Shown one piece after another: positions 1 through 8,371 of a stretch of 64,000 nucleotides of DNA. How positions within the stretch are numbered: position 1 is the first letter of the stretch; the number at the start of each line of letters is the position of its first letter. The position numbers and the translations under genes were made by a program. The stretch comes from a virus, in the IMG/VR virus record IMGVR_UViG_3300044613_003770, positions 1-64,000 of that record. One strand, written 5' to 3'. The notes under the pieces are model-generated. The model was given only the letters and a program-made list of their open reading frames with translations. It was not told the DNA's origin and made no database searches.

Positions 1-166
1 GGTATTACTGCAAATACCTCACCAATTACAGCAAACGCTGGTATTACTGCAAATACCTCACCAATTACAGCAAACGCTGGTATTACTGCAAATACCTCAC
101 CAATTACAGCAAACGCTGGTATTACTGCAAATACCTCACCAATTACAGCAAACGCTGGTATTACTG
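1..166 (+). repeat. 39-bp perfect tandem repeat, at least 4.25 copies (cut by window edge)
   Basis: ggtattactgcaaatacctcaccaattacagcaaacgct at 1, 40, 79, 118, partial at 157. Confidence 0.97.
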
Positions 167-789
167 TAACTGCAGGTGCATCATCTTTTAATGCAAGGCC
201 AAAAGTAAATGGAACAAATGTAGCATTAATTACGGACATTAGTGACGATTCTCAACCTCATATAGAAAGTATTTATATTAATGATTTAGGTTTGCAAGAC
301 GATAAATTCGATTTGTTTGTGGAAGGCGCTAAAATAGGTGATTTCGGTAGTGGTTCTGATTCTGGAGGAAGAGATTGGGAAATTAAATATTCAACAGCGA
401 AACGTGGATATTTAATGAGATTTAGAAACGCCGATACTAGCACATGGAGTTATGCTTTGTCTACAGCGCCAACAGAAAGAAAAAGGACGCTATACTTAAA
501 AACAAATAATGATGGCGGCGGCTCGGCAACTTTAAGATTTAAGACAACAACACAAATAACAATAAATATTGTATCTGGTGACACTGCATTTGCAGTTAGT
601 ATATACCCAGTTAATAATAATTTATTTGTTGATGGTGTATTAACAGATATAACAACATCAGCAAATTATTTTTCAAAATTTCTAACTTTTGATGTGGATG
701 TTGATTTAGAATCTGGCACAGCATTGCAAATAGCTCAACGAGTTATAAAATTTACAGATATAGCTTCAAACGCAGCTGATTGGGTGTAA
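1..789 (+). CDS. 5'-truncated virion/tail-fibre-like protein with 13-aa repeats
   Basis: Frame 1 is open from base 1 to the stop at 789 (track ORF 292..789 is only its tail). N-part is GITANTSPITANA repeats; Thr/Ala/Asn/Ser-rich; directly upstream of the endolysin. Confidence 0.55.
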   Translation, partial: GITANTSPITANAGITANTSPITANAGITANTSPITANAGITANTSPITANAGITVTAGASSFNARPKVNGTNVALITDISDDSQPHIESIYINDLGLQDDKFDLFVEGAKIGDFGSGSDSGGRDWEIKYSTAKRGYLMRFRNADTSTWSYALSTAPTERKRTLYLKTNNDGGGSATLRFKTTTQITINIVSGDTAFAVSIYPVNNNLFVDGVLTDITTSANYFSKFLTFDVDVDLESGTALQIAQRVIKFTDIASNAADWV

Positions 790-797
790 ATACTTAT

Positions 798-1427
798 ATG
801 AAGTTCCAAGGAAAAGAAGAATTAGTAAAAAAAGCTCAAAAATCTTTAGGTTTAAAGGTAGATGGACAGGATGGAGTTATGACATGGAATGCAATTTTAA
901 ATAAATTAGGTGTCGTTTCACAAAGTGAAACCGAAACAAAAAAAGGAACTCTTGCCGAAAAACTTGTTGCTTTAGCAAGAAAAGAAGTTGGCGTTGAAGA
1001 AATCAATGGAACTAATTGTGGTCCTAGAGTTAATGAATACAAATCTGCTACTTGGTTAGATTCAACAAAATCATGGCCATGGTGTGCCGCTTTTATTTGC
1101 TGGTTATTTAGAGAAGCTATGAAAGATGGTAAATATAGTTTCAAAAGACCCCAAACAGCAGGTGCATATGATTTTGAAAACTGGTGCAGAGAGCAAGATA
1201 CAAACGTTCTTTTAAAGAAACCTCATGGTGGAGACATTAAAGCGGGAGATATTGTTATCTTTACTTTTTCTCATATTGGTTTAGCAATTAGCGGACCAGA
1301 TGAGTCTGGTTATGTTACAACTATTGAAGGAAATACTGATGGTGCTGGATCTCGTGAAGGTGGCGCAGTTTTAATTAAGAAACGTAAACTTTCTTCGATT
1401 AGAAGTAGAATTCGTGTTTTAGTTTAG
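798..1427 (+). CDS. endolysin: peptidoglycan-binding N-domain + CHAP amidase
   Basis: VKKAQKSLGLKVDGQDGVMTW (PG-binding-like); WCAAF, SHIG and TIEGNT CHAP motifs; ATG 798 follows GTGTAA motif. Confidence 0.85.
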   Translation: MKFQGKEELVKKAQKSLGLKVDGQDGVMTWNAILNKLGVVSQSETETKKGTLAEKLVALARKEVGVEEINGTNCGPRVNEYKSATWLDSTKSWPWCAAFICWLFREAMKDGKYSFKRPQTAGAYDFENWCREQDTNVLLKKPHGGDIKAGDIVIFTFSHIGLAISGPDESGYVTTIEGNTDGAGSREGGAVLIKKRKLSSIRSRIRVLV

Positions 1428-1441
1428 TGTAAACTAAAATT

Positions 1442-1594
1442 ATGATTGAATTAATTCTAGCGCTAATAATAGGGTATTTTATTGGTTTTTTTCATCGTAG
1501 AGGTATAGAAGCTAGAAGGCGAGAGAAAATAAAAGATCTTTTAAACGAATTAAAAGCCAGGGCTAGAAAAAATAGATCTGAAAAAAACATTTGA
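1442..1594 (+). CDS. small N-terminally anchored membrane protein (possible lysis accessory)
   Basis: MIELILALIIGYFIGFFHRR followed by a basic tail, 50 aa; GTGTAA motif upstream; not in track. Confidence 0.5.
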   Translation: MIELILALIIGYFIGFFHRRGIEARRREKIKDLLNELKARARKNRSEKNI

Positions 1595-1624
1595 CAGAGG
1601 TTGTATTTGTGTTATCATCAATTG

Positions 1625-1993
1625 ATGAACGCAAAAACCTTGATTTTCACATTCATGTTGATTTGCGGCAATTTATTCGCAAGTAATACTGTCGCAAGGG
1701 TCACTTATTATTGGGGATGCACAAACACCTCAACTGGAAATAGACCAGTTTCTGGGAAAACAATTGCGGTTGATCCAAAAATTATTCCTTATGGATCAAA
1801 GGTTATTATCCCACAAATGGGAAAAACTTTTATAGCTCATGACACAGGAAGCGCAGTTAAATCTCGTTTAGCTTCAAGAAAGCATGGGCGAAATAATATT
1901 GTTGTTGACATCTTTTGTTATTCGGAAGCTCAAGCTCGACAGTATATTAAAAAATATCCAATGTTCATGCCAATTAAAATCATTAAAAAATGA
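1625..1993 (+). CDS. 3D-domain (MltA-like) cell-wall hydrolase with signal peptide
   Basis: TIAVDPKIIPYGS, AHDTGSAVK and VDIF carry the three Asp; start set by promoter geometry. Confidence 0.8.
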   Translation: MNAKTLIFTFMLICGNLFASNTVARVTYYWGCTNTSTGNRPVSGKTIAVDPKIIPYGSKVIIPQMGKTFIAHDTGSAVKSRLASRKHGRNNIVVDIFCYSEAQARQYIKKYPMFMPIKIIKK

Positions 1994-2143
1994 ACTTTGA
2001 AGATATAGTAGTTTTTTTAGCTTTTATTCTTTACTTAATTGTGGGGATAAGCTACCTTATTAAAGGAGAATACGCTTGGTCACTTGTGTGGATGAGTTAT
2101 TCAGTAGCAAATTTAGGATTAATTTTAGCAGCAAATAAATAAA

Positions 2144-2860
2144 ATGGGAATGTTCGATTATGTAAGAGTAGGAACAACTCTACCAGAGTTGCCAGATGCG
2201 GTTATCTCTCGTTGGGGAGATAAGGTGAGCGATATCGCCTTTCAAACGAAAGACACACCAAACCAAGCAATGTCAACCTATAGGATCGATGGTGCTGGTC
2301 AATTGTGGATTGAAAAAACAGAAGGTCATTGGGAAGAAGGGCAATCTACACCAGATGACGCAAGTATTGGCGCTAAATTAGCGGCAATGGGTAAGTTTGT
2401 CGTTGATCAAAGGTGGTATGAAACAGAAGATTTCAGTGGGGCTATTTGCTTTTATGAAAGCTACAGTCATCCAGAGTATTATGAAATTGATGGCGCTCAT
2501 ATTAATGATGATTGGATGCGTTTTGAGTATGGTTGGATTGAATATCGTGCGCTCTTTAAAAATGGAAAGTTAATTTGTGATATTGAACTTATTGAGCTTA
2601 AAGAACCCAAGAAGCTTTCTAATGAAGAACTGCAAGAACGTAAATCCGAAAATAAAAAAAGAAGAGAAGAAACAGAAATCTCATTAAAGGAAAATCGTAA
2701 AAAATATCCTACTGCAGAGCAAAAACTTATTGATAATGTTGATAGAGAGTGTAAGCTCGCTGAAACAATTATGGATGAGAATGATATCGATCATGCTTTA
2801 AGTAATATTAGAATTTTGATTAAAGAATATAGACAAAAACACGATAGATGGTATGAATAA
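2144..2860 (+). CDS. hypothetical phage protein
   Basis: 238-aa ORF; MGMFDY...FQTKD N-terminus typical of phage hypotheticals. Confidence 0.7.
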   Translation: MGMFDYVRVGTTLPELPDAVISRWGDKVSDIAFQTKDTPNQAMSTYRIDGAGQLWIEKTEGHWEEGQSTPDDASIGAKLAAMGKFVVDQRWYETEDFSGAICFYESYSHPEYYEIDGAHINDDWMRFEYGWIEYRALFKNGKLICDIELIELKEPKKLSNEELQERKSENKKRREETEISLKENRKKYPTAEQKLIDNVDRECKLAETIMDENDIDHALSNIRILIKEYRQKHDRWYE

Positions 2861-3056
2861 ATTAAATCAACAACAGCAAGAAAAGCTTGAAATCGCAAGA
2901 CAATCAATCATCAAACTTCAAAAAGAAGAAACTATAATTTACGATAATCTTACAGAAGAAATTGGTGAGGATAATGATTGGATTTTTGATTATGTCTTCA
3001 ATTGTGCTGAAGAAAGCGAATACACAAACACGGTTAGAAATCAAATTTTCGAATAA
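2853..3056 (+). CDS. hypothetical protein
   Basis: Overlaps or abuts both neighbours in the operon. Confidence 0.6.
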   Translation: MNKLNQQQQEKLEIARQSIIKLQKEETIIYDNLTEEIGEDNDWIFDYVFNCAEESEYTNTVRNQIFE

Positions 3057-3581
3057 ATGTTTTACAGAAATAAATACGATCAAACTGGCGAATCTTCTCA
3101 AATGGGGGAATCTGCCGAACTACAATTCAAAAAAATAGCTGAAAAAATTGGTAATCAAGTGACAGACGCGACTTTTAGAGAACAGATTAGCCATATTGAT
3201 TTTCACATTATCGATAAAAAAGGTGAAAAATATACAGTCGATGTAAAGTCAAGAAAAAAAGTCAAAAGAAAAGATAATAATGTTGATGATGAAGTCATTT
3301 GGATTGAATTTAAAAATGTTCAAGGAAAAAAAGGATGGCTTTATGGAATGGCAAATTTTATTGCCTTTGAAAGAGAAGACTCTTTTTTAATGGTCAGTCG
3401 TCCTGCATTAGCAGAATTATGTGAAAAAATTGTTGATCTTGAAAAAATTAATGATAATATCAAATATCCTCTTTATACAGGATACCAAAGATACGGTAGA
3501 AAAGATCTTCTTTCCTTAATTAAGATAGAAGATATTACAAATAATTTAAGTCACACATTTTTTAAAAAGAATGAAGATTAA
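3057..3581 (+). CDS. PD-(D/E)XK-type nuclease-like protein
   Basis: GESAE...HIDF...VDVKSRKK motif order. Confidence 0.6.
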   Translation: MFYRNKYDQTGESSQMGESAELQFKKIAEKIGNQVTDATFREQISHIDFHIIDKKGEKYTVDVKSRKKVKRKDNNVDDEVIWIEFKNVQGKKGWLYGMANFIAFEREDSFLMVSRPALAELCEKIVDLEKINDNIKYPLYTGYQRYGRKDLLSLIKIEDITNNLSHTFFKKNED

Positions 3582-3795
3582 CGGTGAGTTAGAAATAAAA
3601 TTATCTGATAAATCTAAAAAAGAAGTTTTTTACACTTTAATGTGGGAGAAATTTGGGTTCCATAAAGATTATTTTATTGAAGGCGCTAGTGTTTATGAAA
3701 TGAGATCGAATGGGGTTGGACAAGAACCTTACTTTCTCAAAAAAGCTAGTCCGTTGCAAATGTGTATTTTTGAAATATTTAAACAATTAAAATGA
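3571..3795 (+). CDS. hypothetical protein
   Basis: Overlaps neighbours at both ends. Confidence 0.6.
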   Translation: MKINGELEIKLSDKSKKEVFYTLMWEKFGFHKDYFIEGASVYEMRSNGVGQEPYFLKKASPLQMCIFEIFKQLK

Positions 3796-4442
3796 TTAAG
3801 GTAGAGTTTATTGATAAAATGGGATCGGATATTTCTGTGGTTAATGCCGCAAGAGTTTCTTTCAATAAGAATTCTGATTATAATGAAGACGGAAGTTTCA
3901 AAGAAGGTGATGAAAAACTTATTGCTTTTTTAGCAAGAGAAAATCATTGGACTCCATTTGGTCACGCTTCACTTTCTTTTCATATTAAAGCGCCAATCTT
4001 TGTTGCTAGACAACTAGTAAAACATACTGTTGGTTTAGTATGGAATGAAGTTAGTCGCCGCTATGTAGACTCTGAACCAGAAATCTATTATCCAGATAAT
4101 TGGCGCAAAAAGAATGAAGATAAAAAACAAGGATCTCATGAAGATCAATTTGTAGATGTGTCTTTTGGAGATGACTGTAGTATTTATGCTAGTTGTCAAA
4201 TTGCAGTAGCAACTTATAAAAGCCTTCTCGCTTCTGGCGTTTGCGCTGAACAAGCTAGAATGGTTTTACCACAATCTACTATGACAGAATGGTATTGGTC
4301 TGGTTCTCTTCACGCCTTCGCTCGCGTTTGTAATCTACGTTGTAAAAAGGATACTCAAAAAGAAACTAGAGATGTCGCAAATCAAATTGATGAAATCGCT
4401 AAAGAACATTTTCCTGTTAGTTGGAAATATTTGAGACAATGA
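3792..4442 (+). CDS. thyX: FAD-dependent thymidylate synthase
   Basis: VNAARVSF, HWTPF, PIFVARQLVKH, WNEVSRRYV, EQARMVLP, TQKETR. Confidence 0.96.
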   Translation: MIKVEFIDKMGSDISVVNAARVSFNKNSDYNEDGSFKEGDEKLIAFLARENHWTPFGHASLSFHIKAPIFVARQLVKHTVGLVWNEVSRRYVDSEPEIYYPDNWRKKNEDKKQGSHEDQFVDVSFGDDCSIYASCQIAVATYKSLLASGVCAEQARMVLPQSTMTEWYWSGSLHAFARVCNLRCKKDTQKETRDVANQIDEIAKEHFPVSWKYLRQ

Positions 4443-5011
4443 ATATTGTAACATCGCAATGTAAAACAACACTTTTGCTTAATAATGCTTGGCAACCAAT
4501 CAATGCTATTACAGCAAGAGCCGCATTCTCACATTTGTTGAAGGGTCATATTACTGCGCTCGATAAAAATAATAATGTCTTTCATTCTTTAGATAGATGG
4601 AATAAAGATGCTGAGTTTTATGAAGATCAACCTGTATTGAGAAGTGCTAAAGGTGTTTGGCCTATTCCAACTGTTATCATCGTAACGAGTAAATTTTTTC
4701 GTCGCCCAAGGAAAAAGAAATTGACCACCTTGGAGATGGCAAAGATTTATAACTTTACTTGCCAGTATTGTTTAAATAAATTTAAAATCGCTGATTTAAC
4801 AATTGATCACATCAACCCCAAAAGTAAAGGGGGGACTGATGATCATGAAAATAGAACGTTGGCATGTAAACCTTGCAACACAAGAAAGGCTAGTAAGTTT
4901 CCATTTTTTAATGTTAAAAATGAACCAGTTGCTGCGCCAGAAATTCCCGCTTTAATGTTGAACACAAGTAAGGTAAGAGAAGAGTGGGAATATTTTTTGG
5001 GTTCTGTGTAA
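4439..5011 (+). CDS. HNH endonuclease (McrA-like)
   Basis: LLLN..WQPI N-terminus; CQYC...LTIDHINPKSKGG...N...ACKPCN. Confidence 0.88.
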   Translation: MNIVTSQCKTTLLLNNAWQPINAITARAAFSHLLKGHITALDKNNNVFHSLDRWNKDAEFYEDQPVLRSAKGVWPIPTVIIVTSKFFRRPRKKKLTTLEMAKIYNFTCQYCLNKFKIADLTIDHINPKSKGGTDDHENRTLACKPCNTRKASKFPFFNVKNEPVAAPEIPALMLNTSKVREEWEYFLGSV

Positions 5012-5018
5012 ATCTATG

Positions 5019-5046
5019 TTGACAAAAACACAAATTTGATTAAAAT
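5019..5046 (+). promoter_or_regulatory. sigma70-type promoter of the ncRNA/tRNA cluster
   Basis: TTGACA-N16-TAAAAT. Confidence 0.7.
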
Positions 5047-5052
5047 AAAAAT

Positions 5053-5256
5053 TGAGGGTAGTAAACACCAGAAGTTACTAAGGTCCGAAAGGGAGATTGG
5101 GTTGAGATAAACCTACTAATTAGAAAGTTTTATATACTTTGCCTTTAGAGGGGTTAAAGGGCTTCATGCCCTGTACTATAATGTAGATGACATGCAGGAC
5201 TGCGTATGCGGGTGCGTATGGGAATATATTATAGTCGCCTCTCTAACAGGCATCAA
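5053..5256 (+). ncRNA. unassigned structured RNA A
   Basis: Non-coding; starts at predicted TSS. Hairpins TAGTAA/TTACTA, CC-GAAA-GG, AAAGT/ACTTT, GGGC/GCCC, ACTATAAT/ATTATAGT; long-range TGCCT-T-TAGAGGGG / CCTCTCTA-AC-AGGCA. Confidence 0.5.
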
Positions 5257-5264
5257 TTTTCAAT

Positions 5265-5341
5265 CGCGGGGCAGTCAGTAGTGGTGCTGAACTAGTCTCA
5301 TAAGCTAGGATTCGGTGTGAGTTCGACTCTCACCTCCGCAA
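5265..5341 (+). tRNA. tRNA-Met(CAT), initiator-like acceptor, atypical
   Basis: C1:A72 mismatch, loop CTCATAA, T-loop TTCGACT; no encoded CCA. Confidence 0.8.
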
Positions 5342-5348
5342 TTTTTAT

Positions 5349-5434
5349 GGGTAGATACCCAAGTGGCTAAAGGGGGCAGACTGTAAATCTGCTGATGTAT
5401 GTCTACGTTGGTTCGAATCCAACTCTGCCCACCA
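5349..5434 (+). tRNA. tRNA-Tyr(GTA)
   Basis: Cloverleaf, long variable arm, CTGTAAA loop, CCA. Confidence 0.95.
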
Positions 5435-5439
5435 TTTTC

Positions 5440-5514
5440 GCGGGATTCGTATATCGGCTAATATGTGAGTTTTCCAAACTTGAGAGATCAGTTCGACTCT
5501 GATATCCCGCACCA
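5440..5514 (+). tRNA. tRNA-Gly(TCC)
   Basis: GCGGGAT/ATCCCGC acceptor, TTTCCAA loop, CCA. Confidence 0.92.
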
Positions 5515-5518
5515 ATTT

Positions 5519-5707
5519 TTCCCTGCCATTGTAGGCGATGATCCTACAATGAGCATTGAGGCTAAGAGCGGGTTAGCAACCCGATGACGCTAAATGTAAT
5601 CCGACACAAATTAAAGTAGGCTTGGAGTCGCTACCAAGATGAAATAGTCACTGTGTTTCTTCAAATTGGTCAAAGCTCCGCTTGGCTAATTAATCGGTAG
5701 TGGGGAA
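5519..5707 (+). ncRNA. unassigned structured RNA B
   Basis: Ends pair (TTCCC-TGCC / GGTA..GGGAA). Hairpins CATTGTAGG/CCTACAATG, CGGGTT/AACCCG, CTTGG/CCAAG, AATTGGTCAA/TTGGCTAATT. Confidence 0.55.
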
Positions 5708-5715
5708 AATACTTT

Positions 5716-5784
5716 GCGAGAGGGATCATACGGAGATCGCTAGGCCCATAGTCTAGAGTGGAGGTTAAATTCCTTCCCCTCGTG
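5716..5784 (+). tRNA. degenerate tRNA-like gene (CAT anticodon)
   Basis: GCGAGAG/CCCTCGT acceptor; CTAGG-CCCATAG-TCTAG anticodon arm; GGAGG-TTAAATT-CCTTC T-arm; shrunken D-arm. Confidence 0.5.
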
Positions 5785-5897
5785 ATTCGTATTCATACGC
5801 GATAAAGTATGACGTTGCTAGGAGCGGTTCCCTAGATAGTCACAGCCCTTGACGAGTCGTAGGCCGAAATGCTATGGGCAAATCATTTTCTATGTTT

Positions 5898-6035
5898 TTT
5901 CTATTGTGGTCTTTATCGCCCGAAGTATGTTGGGAAAGCAGATTGGAAATCTCCGACGAGCCTCTACTAGCAGAAAAGTGACAGAAGGATAAACAAGTGG
6001 TGTCTTTAAGACCAAAGCTTCTTCAGCAATAGAAA
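5898..6035 (+). ncRNA. unassigned structured RNA D
   Basis: 9-bp closing stem TTTCTATTG/CAATAGAAA; nested TGGTCTT/AAGACCA, TTATC/GATAA, GTTGG/CCGAC, AGATT/AATCT. Confidence 0.5.
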
Positions 6036-6046
6036 GTATTTTTAAC

Positions 6047-6122
6047 TCCAAAGTAGCTCAGTGGAACGAGCGGGAAGCTGTTAACTTCTAGGTCGTTGGT
6101 TCGATCCCAACCTTTGGAGCCA
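6047..6122 (+). tRNA. tRNA-Asn(GTT)
   Basis: Cloverleaf, CTGTTAA loop, CCA. Confidence 0.95.
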
Positions 6123-6128
6123 TTTTTA

Positions 6129-6203
6129 GCCGATTTAGCACAGTGGTAGTGCAACTCATTTGTAATGAGTAGGTCGTTGGTTCGAATCCGACAATCGGCT
6201 CCA
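6129..6203 (+). tRNA. tRNA-Thr(TGT)
   Basis: Cloverleaf, TTTGTAA loop, CCA. Confidence 0.95.
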
Positions 6204-6209
6204 TTTTTT

Positions 6210-6286
6210 CGGGATGTAACTCAGCTTGGTAGAGTGCTGCGTTTGGGACGCAGATGTCGCATGTTCGAATCGTGTCATCCCGACCA
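6210..6286 (+). tRNA. tRNA-Pro(TGG)
   Basis: Cloverleaf, TTTGGGA loop, CCA. Confidence 0.95.
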
Positions 6287-6290
6287 TTAG

Positions 6291-6362
6291 GGGGGTATAG
6301 CTCAGTGGTAGAGCGTTAGCTTTGCAAGCTAAATGTCTGGGGTTCGAATCCCCATGTCTCCA
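6291..6362 (+). tRNA. tRNA-Ala(TGC)
   Basis: G3:U70 pair, TTTGCAA loop. Confidence 0.93.
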
Positions 6363-6389
6363 CAATTTTTATTAATTAAATATATTAAC

Positions 6390-6462
6390 GGGGAGTTAGC
6401 ACAGCGGTAGTTGCGTCTGCTTTACACGCAGAATGTCGGGGGTTCGAATCCCTCACTCCCTA
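6390..6462 (+). tRNA. tRNA-Val(TAC)
   Basis: GGGGAGT/ACTCCCT acceptor, TTTACAC loop. Confidence 0.93.
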
Positions 6463-6825
6463 TTTTATATCAATATTTATATTATATGAACCAGCATCTA
6501 TAATACTAATTTGACGTTTAATTACAGTACCGTTTAAATTTTCATCTATAGGAAGATCCGTGGTAATATTAACGTTATTAGCTAAAAATGATATAATATC
6601 AACTCCACATCGTTCATATGAATTTAAATTAAAAGTATAGTTATATGTACCAGATGAAGTCAAATCTATACAATCTATACCGTTATCATCTATTAAAAAT
6701 TCTTGCCCTTCTGGAAGAGAATATGGTTCTTTAAAAACATTAACTCTTGGTATAGATCTATCTCCGCTAGGCTGTTGGCCTATAAGAATATCATTTATTG
6801 TTAAATTTAAATATACGGTTTTCAT
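6460..6825 (-). CDS. hypothetical protein
   Basis: 121-aa ORF downstream of the 443-aa gene on the same strand. Confidence 0.6.
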   Translation of the reverse strand: MKTVYLNLTINDILIGQQPSGDRSIPRVNVFKEPYSLPEGQEFLIDDNGIDCIDLTSSGTYNYTFNLNSYERCGVDIISFLANNVNITTDLPIDENLNGTVIKRQISIIDAGSYNINIDIK

Positions 6826-6855
6826 TGTTATATATTATATTTTAATAAAGTAAAA

Positions 6856-8187
6856 TTATCTACTTATTTCTTCCCAGTCAATAGAGCCATGAACAAGCTC
6901 ACCATTAGTACTAGCTGTTACCACAAGTGTAAGTTCATACGGTGTGCTAGTAAATGAGTTTCTTTCAAGTTGAAATTTAAATAAAGCTTCTTTAAGAATA
7001 TCTATAGTAGTTGATGCCTGTGTATTAGACGTTAAGTAGCCTGATGTCAGTGTTCTTCCGCCTGTAATGCCTGTAGCATCTAATTTATATTCTACAGAAG
7101 AATTAGCGCCAGCACTAATCCAAGTACCGCTACCACCTGTTGTTGTACCACTAGCTATCACTGACCATTGATATATTCCTGTAGCTACACCCATAACAGA
7201 TATAGCTGTAAGTATAGCAATTGCATCGAGTCTGCCTGATTTGAGTCTTATAGTAGCTACAGGATATAAAACACCTGCTGTAGTAAGTCCTTTTGGTGCT
7301 GTAATTGTAGTACCGATAGCTTGTTGCAGCCCTCTCAATTCATATCCACCTTCTGAAATAACAGAAGAACAAATTTGTTTCAATGTACTGCTGCCAGAAG
7401 TTGCGGCAGTATTTGCTATTTCATATCTCAGCGGCAAAGAAGCTGTAGTAATATAAGTAGAAGTAATAATATTAGCGTGATGGAAAGTATGACAAAGAAT
7501 AAATTGTCCATTAATAACAAACCCCATTCTTACTGAACCTAATCCCAACCACTCAATATCCATCCATAAAATTTGGGCTTTTGATATATCTAAAGTAAAT
7601 CCAGACGCGCCAGTTCCGTCTAACTTGTCTCCATTCCAATTTGCTTGAGATGCTCTTGTTTCTGTGATAGGAGATCCATTAACTAAAGAACGCTCAACAA
7701 AACTTAAAGTAGAACCATCGAGTTCTAAATACATTCCATTATCAGCACCATAGTAACCTACTCTTTGTCTTAAACCAGTTTTTGCTGGTGACATTACAAA
7801 AGTATTTAAGGTTAATAATGATTTTCCTGGTTGATAAGCAAAAACTTTTGTTGTTTCTCTAGTAACGAATGAACCAGAAGCGTTTGTTACAGTCAAATCA
7901 ACCAATCCTTGATTTTGATTAAAAGAACCACTACCACTAACACCACTAGCAGTAGACCAAAGACCATTGTCAGCATACCTATGACTTGAATCAAATAAAG
8001 TCAATGGAGAAGAAGTTCTCATGCGACCAAACGCATCAAAAGCAGTAGAACTAGCAGAATTGGCAAAACTTAAATCGCTTTGCTCTAAGGGTCTGTATAC
8101 ATCGTTTGCGCGATCATATATACAAGGGATTTGTCCTGCTGTATGCGACAATTGACCAAGGTTTTGGAAAGTATAGAGATCTGCCAT
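6856..8187 (-). CDS. beta-rich hypothetical, probable virion protein
   Basis: 443 aa, Ser/Thr/Gly-rich; DAFGRMRTS, YQPGKS, QRVGY, WLGLGSVRMG; GTGTAA motif 8 nt upstream. Confidence 0.7.
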   Translation of the reverse strand: MADLYTFQNLGQLSHTAGQIPCIYDRANDVYRPLEQSDLSFANSASSTAFDAFGRMRTSSPLTLFDSSHRYADNGLWSTASGVSGSGSFNQNQGLVDLTVTNASGSFVTRETTKVFAYQPGKSLLTLNTFVMSPAKTGLRQRVGYYGADNGMYLELDGSTLSFVERSLVNGSPITETRASQANWNGDKLDGTGASGFTLDISKAQILWMDIEWLGLGSVRMGFVINGQFILCHTFHHANIITSTYITTASLPLRYEIANTAATSGSSTLKQICSSVISEGGYELRGLQQAIGTTITAPKGLTTAGVLYPVATIRLKSGRLDAIAILTAISVMGVATGIYQWSVIASGTTTGGSGTWISAGANSSVEYKLDATGITGGRTLTSGYLTSNTQASTTIDILKEALFKFQLERNSFTSTPYELTLVVTASTNGELVHGSIDWEEISR

Positions 8188-8284
8188 CCATTTATTTACA
8201 CTTTTAATTCGAAAACTTTCTGAAATTTATCTTGATCTCAAGTGAATGTGTGATATGCTAGTTTCACAGTCGAGAGATTGTAAT

Positions 8285-8371
8285 GGCCGTGTGGTGAAAT
8301 TGGTAAACACTGCGGACTTAAAATCCGTTGCCTTTATCGGCTTGTCGGTTCGAGTCCGACCACGGCTACCA
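8285..8371 (+). tRNA. tRNA-Leu(TAA)
   Basis: Long variable arm, CTTAAAA loop, CCA; promoter TTGATC-N16-TATGCT at 8232-8259. Confidence 0.95.

Noticed and set aside
5053-6035. tmRNA, RNase P RNA or group I intron
   Set aside because: No tRNA-Ala-like ends with tag ORF, no GAGGAAAGUCC, and no recognisable P7 core or interrupted gene
6156-6365. Track ORFs over tRNA genes (6156..6365, 8227..8451, 11568..11771)
   Set aside because: They are antisense translations of tRNA genes
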